Positions 62,501-64,000 of a stretch of 64,000 bases of DNA are shown one piece after another. The translations under genes and the position numbers were made by a program. The notes under the pieces are model-generated. The model saw nothing but the letters and a program-made list of their open reading frames with translations. It searched no databases and was not told the origin of the DNA. Every line of letters begins with the position of its first letter. Within the stretch, counting starts at the first letter, position 1. Source of the stretch: an uncultured Verrucomicrobiae bacterium (GTDB lineage: Bacteria; Verrucomicrobiota; Verrucomicrobiia; Palsa-1439); the NCBI GenBank assembly GCA_963812605.1, contig CAWEWF010000004.1:1-64000 (forward strand), written 5' to 3'.

Positions 62501-63825
62501 TACGGGCACGCCGCATTGCCGCTGATCGAAGCCCAGTTCTGGTTTTCCTCCAGGATGATGAAGACGGTTTGGATGCTTTGCGCCGCCTGTACGACGTTGT
62601 AATCCCCGACGATAGGATAATGATCGCTCCCGTTGAAGCTGTTGCCGCTGCCGGTTTCTACCAGATCGGTATTAACGGTCGCGGCGCTCGGGACCGTGTT
62701 GGTGAGATCATCCAGGGAGTGGTTGCTGGGACTCGTTGGCTCACCGCCCAACGGTGTCGTACCGTTGTTGCCAAAGACCTCGAACGCATACGGATATTGC
62801 GCCGACGGAAAGTTTGAGCTGTCAAACGGGTCTGACCTGTCCGGCGCGAGTTGCACTCCGCCCTGGCTGTTGTAAGCGCCGAACATCGGGGCATTGGGCA
62901 GTTGAATGTCAATGCGCGAGCTCATCGCGAAGGATCCTTCCGTCGCATCGTCATAGAGATAGGGGGCATTGTCCCCTGAAACGTTAGCCCAAGTAGTGGT
63001 GGTCGGCGGCGTGGTCTTTGACGTGGGATCGTATCCCTGCGTCTGGTTGGTGTTGGCCCAGATCGCGCTGGTGTCACTCCAGTTGATGCCATCGGAGGTG
63101 GTCTGCCCCGTGAGGCATTTGTAGGCGTTCTCCCCGCTCCCGTTGAACAGATTCCAATCCCCGCCATAAAGTATATGCGCCCCGGCTGGCAGGTTGTATT
63201 TCGCGTCGCTGCGAACTTCCTGCGCCTCGGCGTAGCGCGCGTCTCCGACCGAGTCGTCGCTCGTGCTCCGCGCGTGGCTGACGTAAAAGTAAAAATCGTC
63301 GTTCGTCCCGAGGCCGACGGGCCGGAGACGATACACCATCGGCGCGCGGTCGGGGCCGTTCACTCCGCCACCGGGGGAATGGGCCGCCGTGTAACTGCCG
63401 TTCGACTGCAAGAGCACGTTCTGCCCGGTCAGCAGCGCCCGCGCCGACACGACCTGCACCGTGTTCGTCCGGTAAATCAACCCGTCGGGCCCGCCGCCGG
63501 TATTTGGATCAGTAGTCGGATCGAACGCGTAAGTTCCTGCGCCGTAAATAGCGTTGAGCTGCGCGACAAAGTTTGCCAGCGTCGTCGAATTCAACTCTTC
63601 ACAGCTCATCACATCAACGGGCTGCGCGTTGCTGCCAATATGGTGCAGTCCGATCCCTTGAACCACCGTCGGCAAGCTATGCGCTGCGCCGGTGATGTTG
63701 TTGTCGCTGCTCTGGTCGGCGCAATCGATATTATAGGAGACAATGCGAAGCGTCCGGCCCCACGCTCCGGAGGCACAAACCCCGATTCCCAACAAAACCG
63801 CACTGATGCATCGTCTTGAATACAT
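59539..63825 (-). CDS. Large secreted multidomain protein (EEP-like + phosphoesterase + BACON-like + PKD + C-terminal tail), frameshifts near 61795 and 61060
   Basis: SYNI..GDWN..SDHYP; IILEEN..HPSLPNY..KHNP..TWDE; WFWSFGDG repeats; YYRIRLQP end. Confidence 0.75.
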
Positions 63826-64000
63826 TGATACTTACCCTCATTCCCTACTAACAGTTTATACCTGGCAAACAGAGTTTGACGCGACGTTCTGATATTATTG
63901 GCAGACACCCCAAAAAAAGTCAAGCTATCTGAGTCGGGGGTAGTGCATTCGTGCGGTTTCCGGTGACCGCGGTGACGCGGCAATCGCCTCGTCTTTAGTG

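Noticed and set aside
1-64000. CRISPR array or cas genes
   Set aside because: No regularly spaced direct repeats with 25-45 bp spacers and no Cas motifs; the repeats are REPs, MITEs or gene tails.

Overview
A GC-rich bacterial chromosome segment, probably Verrucomicrobiota (inferred from the long-form IspG, the proB-proA/ppdK and purA-uppS-cdsA-dxr-rseP-ispG blocks, and a secreted protein with a Verrucomicrobia-like C-terminal tail). Bases 1-4.25 kb are the end of an integrative mobilizable element (frameshifted MOBF/TrwC relaxase-helicase, excisionase-like HTH, arm-type repeats) that stops at a 5' half of tRNA-Gly(TCC). The rest is housekeeping genes interleaved with small accessory genes and many REP/MITE-like repeats. 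The most striking signal occurs at four unrelated genes: a DEAD-box helicase, a cupin, a JAB/Mov34 peptidase and a CysO-MoeB-rhodanese fusion. Each is followed by one to three diverged, dead copies of its own 3' end. The copies are separated by compact cargo units (TA pairs, a PadR operon, a peroxiredoxin, an S41 peptidase and others), and no integrase lies nearby. Also present are a Leu-rich leuA attenuator, REP-like palindromes in frame inside dxr and leuA, MITEs that enclose REP doublets, and attC-like remnants. About 10 frameshifts look like assembly indels. All calls are from reading the sequence; no database searches were run.
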